Part shown: piece after piece, positions 29,440 through 40,205 of the stretch
Layout of the letters: every line of letters starts with the position of its first letter
Numbering within the stretch: the stretch's first letter is position 1
Origin: an uncultured Pirellulales bacterium
Lineage (GTDB): Bacteria; Planctomycetota; Phycisphaerae; Sedimentisphaerales; Anaerobacaceae
NCBI GenBank assembly: GCA_964464635.1
Contig: CAYXGT010000001.1
Location: forward strand, 1,753 to 65,752
Direction of reading: 5' to 3'
DNA length: 64,000 nt
Program-made: the position numbers and the translations under genes
The notes under the pieces: model-generated
Seen by the model: only the letters and a program-made list of their open reading frames with translations
Told to the model about the DNA's origin: nothing
Database searches by the model: none

Positions 29440-31740
29440 CTATTTGCCCGCCGTCAGGGCCGCTGTTTCTTTCGGCGCATCCAGCCAGAGTAACTTGGCT
29501 CTTAATATAAACCAGTAGTCATTGGTTTCATAAGCTATTCTGCCGGTCTCATCTGTCATCGGCGTCCCGTCCTCATTGTACTTCGTAACTTTGCTGATAA
29601 CCTCTTTGGTCATAGGGTCAATCAGAATCTGCTCGGTTATTAACCTCTGAGCCCTGTCAGGCTGGCCCAAATAAACTGCCGTCCTGCTGCCGGCATCTGA
29701 CCTGGTTTCTATCTGCCTCTCAGACTCAACACCTATCCCAACCGGCGGAGCATCCAATTCTGTTTTCAAATCAATAGGATGTATCTCCAGGCTGAAATGC
29801 TCAGGATTAGACCTCTCAAACAACTTAAAAGGGCTGTTACCGTCAACTACAAAGTCAAGGTCCTTCAAACGTGTTATAAAACCCCACCTGTCACGGTCAT
29901 TGCCGACTTCGAGAGGATCCATCAGCTTATGAATATCTTTATACGGGCTGTACCCGGTTATAGTTACTAAAAATCCGGCACGGCTTTCCACCTGCGCCTG
30001 CTCAGGTTCTTCTCCGTACGCTTCATCTATCGTTATGTCAGCCATTTCCCTTGCCCTCCTGACCTCTTCTGCTCTCCTCCTTATCTCCTCCTGCCACCTA
30101 TCGTATCTCTCCTGTTCGGTTAACGGGGTATCAACAGTCGTCGAAGTCGTTCTCGGTGCGATGCTAACCCTGCGCCTTTGCTGACCTTCGAATACCGCCG
30201 CCGAAATGTCACTTTCAAAACTAATGTACATATTCGTTATAAATATCTGCTTTCGCTCCTTGCGGTCAATCTTCTTAACCTCTTCTACATTACCCGCCGC
30301 AAACGCGCGATATAGCAGCCTTTGCAGCTGCTCTGAAGTATTCCGCTCATTCGGCAAAGCTAAAATTACCGTCTGTATCAGTTCCGGAACAACATCTCGA
30401 TACCTGAAAAGACCAAGATACTTTTCCATTATAGATTGCGTCTGTGGTTGTCTCTGCTCTTGTTCCTGGAGCCTGTCGTTGGCGAGCTGCGCGTTATTTG
30501 CAATATCCTCTATCCTGTCCCGGGTTTGCTGCCTGCCGCGGTAGCTGGCCTTGTCAAAAAGTATCCTCCCGAAAGCCAGCACCGAAATAACCAGCAGGAA
30601 AGATGCCGCAGCCACAAAATATTTCGCCTTGCTCGCCCATGACATCGAACGCGCTATATGACGGGGAAGAAGGTTACTTTCTATTTTGCCGAGACCCAGG
30701 GCCTGCAGACCCAAACCATAAACAACGCCAAATTCGCATACATTCTCATGAAAACTCGCTGCCGAAACATCCGGCCCCATCGAAAGCTTATCAAAAGAAT
30801 CTGTCCTTTCAATCGGCATCTGAAGACTCTGCTGAAGATATTTCGCCAGGCCGCGCATCCTCGTGCCGCCGCCCATAGCCACTATCTTGGCAAGTTTCGT
30901 ATCAGGATTGCTGCTTTTATAAAATCCTATCGACCTTTGTATCTCCGATGCCAAATCGGCAAATACCGGCTTCATCGCCTGTAGTATTTGCCTGGCGTAT
31001 TTGCTCGTCGTTGCATTACGCTTGAGCTTCTCCGCCTTCTCAAAATTAATTTTGAACGCATCCGCTATCGCTTTTGTAAATGAGTTGCCCCCCATCGAAA
31101 TACATCTTTGCCACACACCTGCCCTCGTACAAACCACCAGGTCTGAATACTCCGCACCTATATTAAGAATAACAATGCCCTGCCCGCCTGATTTCGACAA
31201 ATCCGAACGGTCATAAAGAGCATAGTTATAAAGCGCCATCGGCGCCATCTGTATAAACCTGACCTGTATATCCTCTCTGCCGAAATGCGCCAGCATCGAA
31301 GTTATAACTTCACTTTTAATCGCAAATATCCCGACCCTGTTCTCTTCGCTGCTTTCGTCCTCCATTAACTGCCAGTCCCACTGAACATCATTAATGTCGA
31401 AGGGAATCTGCTGAACCGCCTCGAACCGGATTATTTCCGGAATCCGCTTCTGCTCGACGGGCGGAAGGGTGATAAAACGGGCAAAACTGTTCTGGCTCGG
31501 AAGAGAAATTATTATATCTGTCTTCTCAAGGTCATGTTTCTGTACGAACTGACGAAGTGAAATCGCTATCAGCTCCTCTCTCTCCAGGTTCTTTACATCC
31601 TTGCCGGTAAGAATTTTGCCGTGTTTGATGCTGTCAAAGTCTATTGCCTCAACAACTCCATTGACATCGGTCAGACGAAGTGCCTTCAGGGAGCTGCTGC
31701 CTATATCTATTGCCCAGATCGAACTGCTGACAGATGCCAT
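29440..31740 (-). CDS. PilM-PilN-like fusion protein (actin-like ATPase domain + NLLP/TM segment + about 370-aa extracytoplasmic extension)
   Basis: The PilM/FtsA-type N-terminus runs IWAIDIGSSSLKALRL ... RFEAVQQIPFDINDVQWDW ... ILNIGAEYSDLVV ... MGGGTRMRGL. A PilN-like SNLLPRH plus TM (YFVAAASFLLVISVLAF) follows, then a long charged/unknown C-terminal region. Confidence 0.7.
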   Translation of the reverse strand: MASVSSSIWAIDIGSSSLKALRLTDVNGVVEAIDFDSIKHGKILTGKDVKNLEREELIAISLRQFVQKHDLEKTDIIISLPSQNSFARFITLPPVEQKRIPEIIRFEAVQQIPFDINDVQWDWQLMEDESSEENRVGIFAIKSEVITSMLAHFGREDIQVRFIQMAPMALYNYALYDRSDLSKSGGQGIVILNIGAEYSDLVVCTRAGVWQRCISMGGNSFTKAIADAFKINFEKAEKLKRNATTSKYARQILQAMKPVFADLASEIQRSIGFYKSSNPDTKLAKIVAMGGGTRMRGLAKYLQQSLQMPIERTDSFDKLSMGPDVSAASFHENVCEFGVVYGLGLQALGLGKIESNLLPRHIARSMSWASKAKYFVAAASFLLVISVLAFGRILFDKASYRGRQQTRDRIEDIANNAQLANDRLQEQEQRQPQTQSIMEKYLGLFRYRDVVPELIQTVILALPNERNTSEQLQRLLYRAFAAGNVEEVKKIDRKERKQIFITNMYISFESDISAAVFEGQQRRRVSIAPRTTSTTVDTPLTEQERYDRWQEEIRRRAEEVRRAREMADITIDEAYGEEPEQAQVESRAGFLVTITGYSPYKDIHKLMDPLEVGNDRDRWGFITRLKDLDFVVDGNSPFKLFERSNPEHFSLEIHPIDLKTELDAPPVGIGVESERQIETRSDAGSRTAVYLGQPDRAQRLITEQILIDPMTKEVISKVTKYNEDGTPMTDETGRIAYETNDYWFILRAKLLWLDAPKETAALTAGK

Positions 31741-31821
31741 AACAAATCCTCACCTTTACAACCCAATTACGAACCAACCTCAGGCTTGTCAAACCTTGCC
31801 GACAACTATAAATTATACCAT

Positions 31822-33201
31822 ATGATGAAGACTTTTTCCATAAATACTCTCGGCTGTAAGGTCAACCAATACGAGAGCCAGCAAATACGCCAGCTTCTCG
31901 AAAAGCTCGGCCTTACACAGGTTTTCGACACTGAGAAGCCCGATATTGCCGTTATCAACACCTGCTGTGTAACTCATACCGCCTCTGCCAAAAGCCGACA
32001 ATACATACGAAAAGCTGCAAAAACTGCTCAAAACTCCATAGTCGTCTGCGGCTGCCTGCCGGCCGTAAATACCGGAGAACTCAGCGGTTTAGACGAAAAA
32101 AACGTTCACATTATTAGAAATCGATTCAATCTTGCCGCTACTTTAACCAAAATAGTCCGGCCAGAAACCCCCTCTTTGATAAAACCTCCTCATAGCCTAA
32201 GTAACGCAACAACAACAAGTAAAGCAAAAAATAACCTGAAAATCAAGGGTGAATTGCCCAATTTACCAGAACTTGACCAATTAACCTCATTTAACGGCCA
32301 TACAAGGGCATTTTTAAAGGTCCAGGATGGCTGTGACGGCCCCTGCAGTTACTGCATTATTCCGAAGGCCCGACCGGATATCTGCAGCAAACCGCAGGAG
32401 CAGGTAATAAATGAGGTTAAGGCACTTGTAGCAGCAGGACATAAGGAAATTGTCATAACCGGAATATGCCTCGGTGCTTACGGCCAGAATACCGTCAGGA
32501 GAAAAAAATGGCCAAAACAAAAAAACGCTCAATTGGCAAAACTGCTCGATAAGGTGGCTGTCGTAGAGAACTTAGCTCGAATAAGATTAAGCTCATTAGA
32601 GCCTGCCGACGTAACAGAACAGCTTCTCGATACGCTCTGCAGGCACAGTAACATTATGCCGCACCTGCACTTATCACTACAGTCCGGCTCGGATGCAATC
32701 CTGAAAAAAATGGCAAGACAATACAGAATCGATGAATTTTTAAGGACCGTCGAGCTTATAAAAAATCGGCTTGATAGGCCGGCAATTACCTGTGATTTAA
32801 TTGTCGGTTTTCCGGGTGAGACAGATTCTGATTTTGAAAATACAGTTGAAGTCGCAAAGACAGTCGGCTTTTCGAAGATGCATATCTTCAGCTTTTCACC
32901 GCGTAAAGGAACTGCCGCTGCCGGTATGCAGCCTTTTATAAATACAAAAATTATCAAGGAGCGTTCGCAGATTTTACGCATGCTGAATGACGAGCTGGGC
33001 TATAATTTCCGCCGGCAGTTCGAAGGTGAGTATGATACAATTCTTACAGAGTCAGAAAATGAAAAAGTAATGGGCAGAAGCAGCAGATATTTTTACGTTA
33101 ATATCATAAATAATAGCAGCCTGAGCAAAAACCAGCTTGTAAAAGTTAAGCTCATCAAGAACCTCAAAAACGAAATGACAGCAGAGCTGTCTAGAGATTA
33201 G
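31822..33201 (+). CDS. mtaB: tRNA (N6-threonylcarbamoyladenosine) methylthiotransferase MtaB-like radical SAM enzyme
   Basis: UPF0004 N-domain INTLGCKVNQYESQ, radical-SAM cluster DGCDGPCSYCIIP and a TRAM-like end. The ATG at 31822 is preferred, since the longer ORF-track version overlaps the divergent promoter region. Confidence 0.75.
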   Translation: MMKTFSINTLGCKVNQYESQQIRQLLEKLGLTQVFDTEKPDIAVINTCCVTHTASAKSRQYIRKAAKTAQNSIVVCGCLPAVNTGELSGLDEKNVHIIRNRFNLAATLTKIVRPETPSLIKPPHSLSNATTTSKAKNNLKIKGELPNLPELDQLTSFNGHTRAFLKVQDGCDGPCSYCIIPKARPDICSKPQEQVINEVKALVAAGHKEIVITGICLGAYGQNTVRRKKWPKQKNAQLAKLLDKVAVVENLARIRLSSLEPADVTEQLLDTLCRHSNIMPHLHLSLQSGSDAILKKMARQYRIDEFLRTVELIKNRLDRPAITCDLIVGFPGETDSDFENTVEVAKTVGFSKMHIFSFSPRKGTAAAGMQPFINTKIIKERSQILRMLNDELGYNFRRQFEGEYDTILTESENEKVMGRSSRYFYVNIINNSSLSKNQLVKVKLIKNLKNEMTAELSRD

Positions 33202-33308
33202 TCAATAAATCAAGGAACGAGTATTGTGAGAGTTTGGGATATTAATAATGCTATTTAACTAAGGACCAAAAAATCAATATCGTAATTATATGATTTGAGA
33301 AAAATAAA

Positions 33309-33992
33309 ATGTTTGGTTGGTTAAAAAAAATTGGACTTTTCAAGAAAAAAACATTTTCCGCTGAAGAGTACGAGATGCATTATGAGCTTAAGGAAAAGGC
33401 TATGGAGCGAATTCTTGGTCCTTTGTATGAGTTGGTAGGTCACGCTCTTATTCCTTTTCAAATGTGCGGACCAGTTGATATGTATTATTTTACAAATTGC
33501 CTGCCTGGTACGGTCTTTGCAACTATGGAATTAATCGAGCCGGATGGTACAGGCCCAAAGCCTAATCATATAGGTACTTATGAGCTTATAACATGCACAA
33601 AGTTAAATATGCCGCCCCCTGAACCTCGTAAAGTGAGAAAAAAAAGAATAGAAGAAGGCCGACTTACTGAATTTGATAAGATTGAATGTAGAATGAAGGG
33701 TATTATGACAACAATGGGAAATTACAGTTATCAAGCCGTTATAAATCCAGGCGAAACTGCGGAAATACCTTGGGAGGACGAAGAAACAAGTTACCTTATT
33801 TTCGATGAGTTTGACACGAAAGGAGTTCCTTTCGAGATTGAAGGTAAAAAGCATTGTTTATTATTATGTATTGAAATTATCCGCTCTGAAATGGAATATG
33901 CCAGAAAGTTTGGTTCACGCTCACTTTTGACAAAGCTTAAAGAAGCAGGATTTTATCCTTATTCTGATCTTGACAGAAAGCCGGTAGTATAA
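33309..33992 (+). CDS. Hypothetical protein, SUFU-like (suppressor-of-fused domain) resemblance
   Basis: The layout resembles bacterial SUFU-family proteins: HYE..ERILGP.....H.......GPVDMYYF... and a C-terminal E..YA..FG...L...L...G.....DLDRKPV. The family assignment is from memory only. Confidence 0.4.
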   Translation: MFGWLKKIGLFKKKTFSAEEYEMHYELKEKAMERILGPLYELVGHALIPFQMCGPVDMYYFTNCLPGTVFATMELIEPDGTGPKPNHIGTYELITCTKLNMPPPEPRKVRKKRIEEGRLTEFDKIECRMKGIMTTMGNYSYQAVINPGETAEIPWEDEETSYLIFDEFDTKGVPFEIEGKKHCLLLCIEIIRSEMEYARKFGSRSLLTKLKEAGFYPYSDLDRKPVV

Positions 33993-33999
33993 GCATACT

Positions 34000-34075
34000 T
34001 AAATTATAGAAATTATAGGGTGACATTAAAATTATAGGAAATTTTAGGGGACGTTGGAAATTATAGGGGACGTTT
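34000..34075. repeat. Clustered AAATTATAG(G) / TTA(T)AGGGGACGTT short direct repeats
   Basis: AAATTATAG occurs at 34001, 34010, 34028 and 34058. (T)TAGGGGACGTT occurs twice, at about 34044-34055 and 34063-34074. Confidence 0.7.
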
Positions 34076-34152
34076 ACATATTTATGTTAAAATTTACTGG
34101 CGCAATCCGCAGTAAACTTGTTTACCTTTTTTATGTCTAATATTTTCAGTGG

Positions 34153-34299
34153 AATCTGTGAAATCAGTGGCTAAATAATTCTCTTTGGCCTTGTTCTCTT
34201 GTGACTTTTGACATATTTCTTCGTGTTATTTCGTGTTTATTCGTGTTAATTCGTGGTTCCAAAATCTGTTTAATCAGTGAAATTAGCGATTAAATAATT
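34153..34299. repeat. Four tandem 10-bp units (TCGTGTTATT-like) bracketed by AATCTGT..AATCAGTG..TAAATAATT direct repeats
   Basis: Units TCGTGTTATT, TCGTGTTTAT, TCGTGTTAAT and TCGTGGTTCC span 34221-34260. The flanks AATCTGTGAAATCAGTGGCTAAATAATT (34153-34180) and AATCTGTTTAATCAGTGAAATTAGCGATTAAATAATT (34263-34299) are related. Confidence 0.75.
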
Positions 34300-34621
34300 A
34301 TTTTTCCATTGTATTTATCGCCTTAATTGGTATGATACTGCTGTGTGTTAGAAAACACACGTAACGCGGAGGTCCGCACGTTTCTAAACAGCCCGCCCTG
34401 AGCAATGTCGAATGGGCAGTTCAAGTCAGATATTATTTCGTAAGTCTATTTATGCAAGGAACTTATAGATGTCAAATAATCGCGAGACACTAGAAACGTG
34501 TATCCAGCATCAGGGGTCTAAAATCGGTAAACTAATTAACAAATTCACCAATTCACCAATTAACTTTCAAAACCCACCTCTACATTTGTCGAGAGAGCTC
34601 TACAAATCAAACCTTTTTATG

Positions 34622-34771
34622 CAAAACGAACCCAATTTTAAAATTGACCAGATTGACGCAAGTGCTTACTATAGAAATGGTTATGGCATTTTCAAGCTTC
34701 TTTTCCGCCGAAATAACGAAGCCAAACGAACCCAAAACGAACCCAATTTTAGCCCAAAATTGGGTTCGTTT
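34622..34771. repeat. AAACGAACCCAATTTT repeat modules, including a perfect 16-bp-stem hairpin
   Basis: Copies start near 34625, 34724 (partial) and 34735. In 34735-34771, AAACGAACCCAATTTT-AGCCC-AAAATTGGGTTCGTTT forms a perfect 16-bp stem followed by a T run. Confidence 0.8.
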
Positions 34772-34981
34772 TTCCAATATTGGCTTTGTATCAATGGCAG
34801 GGCCGACCTAAGTACAAACTGTCGGAATGGCAGTGAAATGGGGATTTTGGCAGGGAGGGTTGATGGAAGCATATTTTATAAGACCATATCAGGTAAGCAG
34901 TTAGCAGAAGAACGCCCCGCAAAAAAGGCGTTGGCACAAAATTTGCGTATCTGCAGGTGGTTATTATACAGGATTCATGTT

Positions 34982-35389
34982 ATGGCTGGCGGATTATTAG
35001 AACCTCAGGATATAAACGTGCTCGCAAGCGCAGCGGACTGGGCATGGCCTGAAGCGCTGCACGATATATTCGAGCCCAGAGGCGTGACGCTGATGGTGGC
35101 GGGCAGCGCAGATGAGTTCGTTAACGTGCTAAGGCAAAGACGGATTCACGCGGCAATAATAGATATCGACTGCGAGACGGGCGGGCTGACAACGATAAGA
35201 ATAATTAAAATGGATTACCCGCGGCTGCCCTGCCTTCTGCTGAAAGCGATGGCGGATGAGCAGCTTCTGGGAAAGGCGCTGGAGCTGGACGTCTTCAGCG
35301 TCCTGGATAAGCCGATAGATATGGCTGTTCTGCAGCAGCAGTTGAACAGGCTGTTTATTAAGCGCTATGATAGTAATATTTTTGCATAG
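34982..35389 (+). CDS. Stand-alone receiver (REC)-like domain protein, probably atypical
   Basis: Internal ATG at 34982 (MAGGLLEPQDINVL...). CheY-like strings are AAIIDIDCETGGLTTIRIIK, P.LPCLLL and VLDKPID. The N-terminal acidic pair is not evident (LASAAD). The upstream 171 codons of the ORF-track version read through repeats. Confidence 0.5.
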   Translation: MAGGLLEPQDINVLASAADWAWPEALHDIFEPRGVTLMVAGSADEFVNVLRQRRIHAAIIDIDCETGGLTTIRIIKMDYPRLPCLLLKAMADEQLLGKALELDVFSVLDKPIDMAVLQQQLNRLFIKRYDSNIFA

Positions 35390-35462
35390 CGTAAGGCGGG
35401 TATAAGTATTATTATCTTTAAGAAGTTATTTATACAGGTGTAAGGAAAGGAGTAGTAAGAAT

Positions 35463-35750
35463 ATGAAGATACGGCCATTAGGTGATAAAGTTCTGGTACA
35501 GCGGGTAGAGGCGGAGAACAAGACGGCTGGTGGTATTGTGCTGCCGGACACGGCAAAAGAAAAACCGCAAAGAGGAAAAGTCGTAAGCGTCGGGGACGGC
35601 AAGGTTACCGAGGACGGCACGAAGCAGAAGATGCAGGTCAAAAAGGGTGATATGGTTCTGTTCACCAGCTATGCCGGAACGGAGATAAAAATTGAGGGCA
35701 AAGAATACCTGATTATGAGCGAGCCGGATATTATGGCGATTATAGAATAA
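35463..35750 (+). CDS. groES: Co-chaperonin GroES
   Basis: [44 protein letters not shown]... is canonical, 95 aa. Confidence 0.95.
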   Translation: MKIRPLGDKVLVQRVEAENKTAGGIVLPDTAKEKPQRGKVVSVGDGKVTEDGTKQKMQVKKGDMVLFTSYAGTEIKIEGKEYLIMSEPDIMAIIE

Positions 35751-35793
35751 GGCAGGCGGGTTAATTGATGACGAAAGAAAAATTTAAGTATAA

Positions 35794-37437
<1,644 letters not shown>

Positions 37438-37553
37438 TTTAGTTGCTGGTCGCTCGTGGTCAGTAAAAAAATGGTTGATTTAAGAAAGTAAGTTATAGCG
37501 ATTTTTGGGACGGCCGAGAGGAATCGGCCGTTCCAATTATTAGGAAGATAAAG

Positions 37554-37844
37554 ATGAGTTTTAAGTTTTATACAAGTATGCTTTCGCTGGCATCGAGGCG
37601 GATGGCAGCGGGGATTTTTATTGTCGGGATGCTGCTGACGGGTTTTGGTTTTCTGATTTATCTTCTGCCGAAACTTTTTGCAACTCTGGCGGCACTGTTT
37701 TTTTTCTTTCTCGGAGCATGTTGTATCGTGATGGGAATAAAGATTTTATGGGCACAGCACAAGTTTAACAAAATGAGTATGGACAATGGAAGCGATTACC
37801 GGCAGAACGTTCGGATACGCGCCGAAGATGATTATGAACAGTGA
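37554..37844 (+). CDS. Small two-TM membrane protein, unknown function
   Basis: Two hydrophobic spans are present (AAGIFIVGMLLTGFGFLIYLL; LAALFFFFLGACCIVMGIKIL). No motif was recognised. Confidence 0.35.
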   Translation: MSFKFYTSMLSLASRRMAAGIFIVGMLLTGFGFLIYLLPKLFATLAALFFFFLGACCIVMGIKILWAQHKFNKMSMDNGSDYRQNVRIRAEDDYEQ

Positions 37845-37913
37845 AAAGACGGAGGTTCGGGGGATTATATTTGTGATTGAGAGCAGCTCAGGCGAGGGGT
37901 ATAATCTGAATTG

Positions 37914-40118
37914 ATGCTGGAAAGTTTTAAGAAACAAATACTTAAGTATTTAAGTCACAGCGAATACCGGCCTGTAAAGCTGACGAAACTTGCCAAGGGG
38001 CTCGGGATAAGCGGCGAGGATTACGCCGAATTCAAGAAAGCGTTCGAGCAGCTCCGTCAATCCGGTCATATCATTATCGGCGAGAGAAGCGCGGTAGAGC
38101 TTCGGCCTCTCAAGGGACAAATCACGGGAACATTTCGAGCGAACCGTCAGGGCTTCGGATTCGTGAGTCCGCTTGTTCGCGATTCGCACGATGATTTGTT
38201 TATACCGCCCGGTGACACGGCCTCGGCGATGACGGGTGATATTGTTGCGGCGAAGGTAGTCAAGCGAGGCAGGCGCGGCGGGCAGATGCGATATACGGGT
38301 AAGGTTACAGAGATACTTCAGCGGTCAAGTAACAGGGTTGTGGGGACATTGAGCAAGAGCAAAGAGGGCTGGATTATTCAGCCGGAAGGAAAAGGATACG
38401 TTGAGCCTGTCATCGTCGGTGATGTAAGCGCAAAGGGTGCGAGAGAAAAAGATAAGGTCGTTGTTGAGATAGTGAGCTGGCCTACAGAGAAGCATCTTGG
38501 ACACGGCGTAATCGTTGAGGTGCTCGGCAGAGCGGGACAGTACGAGACAGAGATAAACGCGATTGTTCGGCGATATCAGATACCGTCTGAATTTGACGAG
38601 TCTTGTTTGTCCGAGGCCAGGGAAGCTGCGGCGGGATTTACAAATTATGATGAGACGGACAGAGAAGATATAACGGGCAAGGTTATCGTAACGATTGACC
38701 CGCCGGATGCGAAGGATTTTGACGATGCGATAAGTCTTGAGAAGGATGGTGGCAACAATTATGTGCTCGGAGTGCATATAGCAGATGTGAGTTTTTTTGT
38801 TGGTGAGGGGACAGCGCTCGATGAAGAAGCGAAGCAGCGCGGCAATAGTGTGTACCTGCCGGGACGGACAATAGCGATGCTGCCGGAGGTTTTGAGTAAC
38901 GGGATATGCTCGCTTCAACCGGGACAGAAGAGGTTCGTCAAAAGCGTTTATACAAGATATAACGATAAGGGAAAGGTGCTGAACAGAAAGTTTGCAAGGT
39001 CGGTTATGAATTCGCTGCAGAGGCTGACGTACGAGCAGGCGGACAAAACGCTGAGGGGGAAAACCGGCGACGTTAAAAGCGAGGTGGTGACACTATTGAA
39101 GGATATGGAGCGTCTTAGCAGGATAATCGAGAAGCGGAGGATTAAGGACGGGATGCTGCACCTGGATTTGCCGGAGACAGAGCTTGAGATGGATAAGAAC
39201 GGCAGGGTTGTAGATGCGCATCCTGCTGATACGAGCTACCCGCATACGATAATCGAGATGTTTATGGTCGAGGCTAACGAGGCGGTGGCAGCACTTTTAG
39301 ACAGTTTGAATGTTGCGTTTATGCGGCGGATTCACCCTGAGCCGGATGCGATGAGTATGAAAGAATTGGCGAGACTTTTACGGACGCTTGGTTTCAATTT
39401 TCCGAAATCTGGCGGCCGAGCTGATATACAGGCTTTGCTGGAATCGGTCAGGGGTACTGATGCGAGTGTTGCGGTGAATTTACTCGTTTTGAGAAGTTTT
39501 GAAAAGGCTGTCTATTCGCCGAGAAATGTCGGTCATTACGCGCTTGCGTCGAGGCACTATTGTCACTTTACCAGCCCGATACGGCGATATGCGGATTTGC
39601 TTGTTCACAGGCTTCTGGATGATTACCTCGAGGGTAAAACTTTGCCGAAGGGACAGGAGCAGGGTTTAGCGGAAGCCGGAAAGCATATAACATTTACAGA
39701 GCAGAGGGCGGAAGATGCCGAGGAGGAATTGAAGACGGTTTTGATTCTGCAGATGCTCAGCGAACATATCGGCGAAGAGCTGGATGGTGTCGTTACGGGA
39801 CTGGCGAATTTCGGTGTATTTGTTCAGAGCAAAAAGTTCGGGATTGAAGGATTGATTTCCACCGAGCAGTTAGGCGGCGGATGGGATTATTATCCCAAAA
39901 GTCACTGCTTCGCTGAGCAGGGTTCGGAAGCGACTTTGCGGCTTGGACAGGGGATTAAGACGAGGATAGTTTCGGTGAACCTGGCTGCAAGACAATTGAA
40001 TCTCGTACCGGCTGAGCCTTTGGGCAAGGCTGCTGCAAAAGGCAGAGGCAAAAGAAAAGAAAAAGGCACAAAGAAAAGAAGTGCAAGGAAAAGAAAGAGA
40101 GGCGGTAAATACAGATGA
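37914..40118 (+). CDS. rnr: Ribonuclease R
   Basis: Cold-shock-like N-domains (GFGFV), RNB catalytic strings (IDPPDAKDFDDAIS; HYALASRHYCHFTSPIRRYADLLVHR), an S1 domain (GVVTGLANFGVFV) and a Lys/Arg-rich tail. Confidence 0.9.
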   Translation: MLESFKKQILKYLSHSEYRPVKLTKLAKGLGISGEDYAEFKKAFEQLRQSGHIIIGERSAVELRPLKGQITGTFRANRQGFGFVSPLVRDSHDDLFIPPGDTASAMTGDIVAAKVVKRGRRGGQMRYTGKVTEILQRSSNRVVGTLSKSKEGWIIQPEGKGYVEPVIVGDVSAKGAREKDKVVVEIVSWPTEKHLGHGVIVEVLGRAGQYETEINAIVRRYQIPSEFDESCLSEAREAAAGFTNYDETDREDITGKVIVTIDPPDAKDFDDAISLEKDGGNNYVLGVHIADVSFFVGEGTALDEEAKQRGNSVYLPGRTIAMLPEVLSNGICSLQPGQKRFVKSVYTRYNDKGKVLNRKFARSVMNSLQRLTYEQADKTLRGKTGDVKSEVVTLLKDMERLSRIIEKRRIKDGMLHLDLPETELEMDKNGRVVDAHPADTSYPHTIIEMFMVEANEAVAALLDSLNVAFMRRIHPEPDAMSMKELARLLRTLGFNFPKSGGRADIQALLESVRGTDASVAVNLLVLRSFEKAVYSPRNVGHYALASRHYCHFTSPIRRYADLLVHRLLDDYLEGKTLPKGQEQGLAEAGKHITFTEQRAEDAEEELKTVLILQMLSEHIGEELDGVVTGLANFGVFVQSKKFGIEGLISTEQLGGGWDYYPKSHCFAEQGSEATLRLGQGIKTRIVSVNLAARQLNLVPAEPLGKAAAKGRGKRKEKGTKKRSARKRKRGGKYR

Positions 40119-40205
40119 GATTATGCAAACGATGAATTTTATGAAGCAATTTTAGCAATGTTTTAATTGATGAGATTATATGGTAAGAAGTACACACCTC
40201 TGTTA

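Noticed and set aside
34221-34260. Possible CRISPR-like array (regularly spaced short repeats)
   Set aside because: The units are only 10 bp and directly abutting, with no spacers. No cas genes are in the window. It is a tandem repeat, not a CRISPR array.
34469-34981. N-terminal 171 codons of the 306-aa ORF-track protein
   Set aside because: This part reads through the AAACGAACCCAATTTT repeats and a perfect 16-bp hairpin. Only the segment from the ATG at 34982 looks like a folded (receiver) domain.
35390-35462. CIRCE (TTAGCACTC-N9-GAGTGCTAA) heat-shock operator upstream of groES
   Set aside because: I looked for it by eye in the 73-nt spacer and upstream and found no match.
38325-38918. 197-aa minus-strand ORF inside rnr
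   Set aside because: It is antisense to the RNB domain of RNase R and has no motifs.
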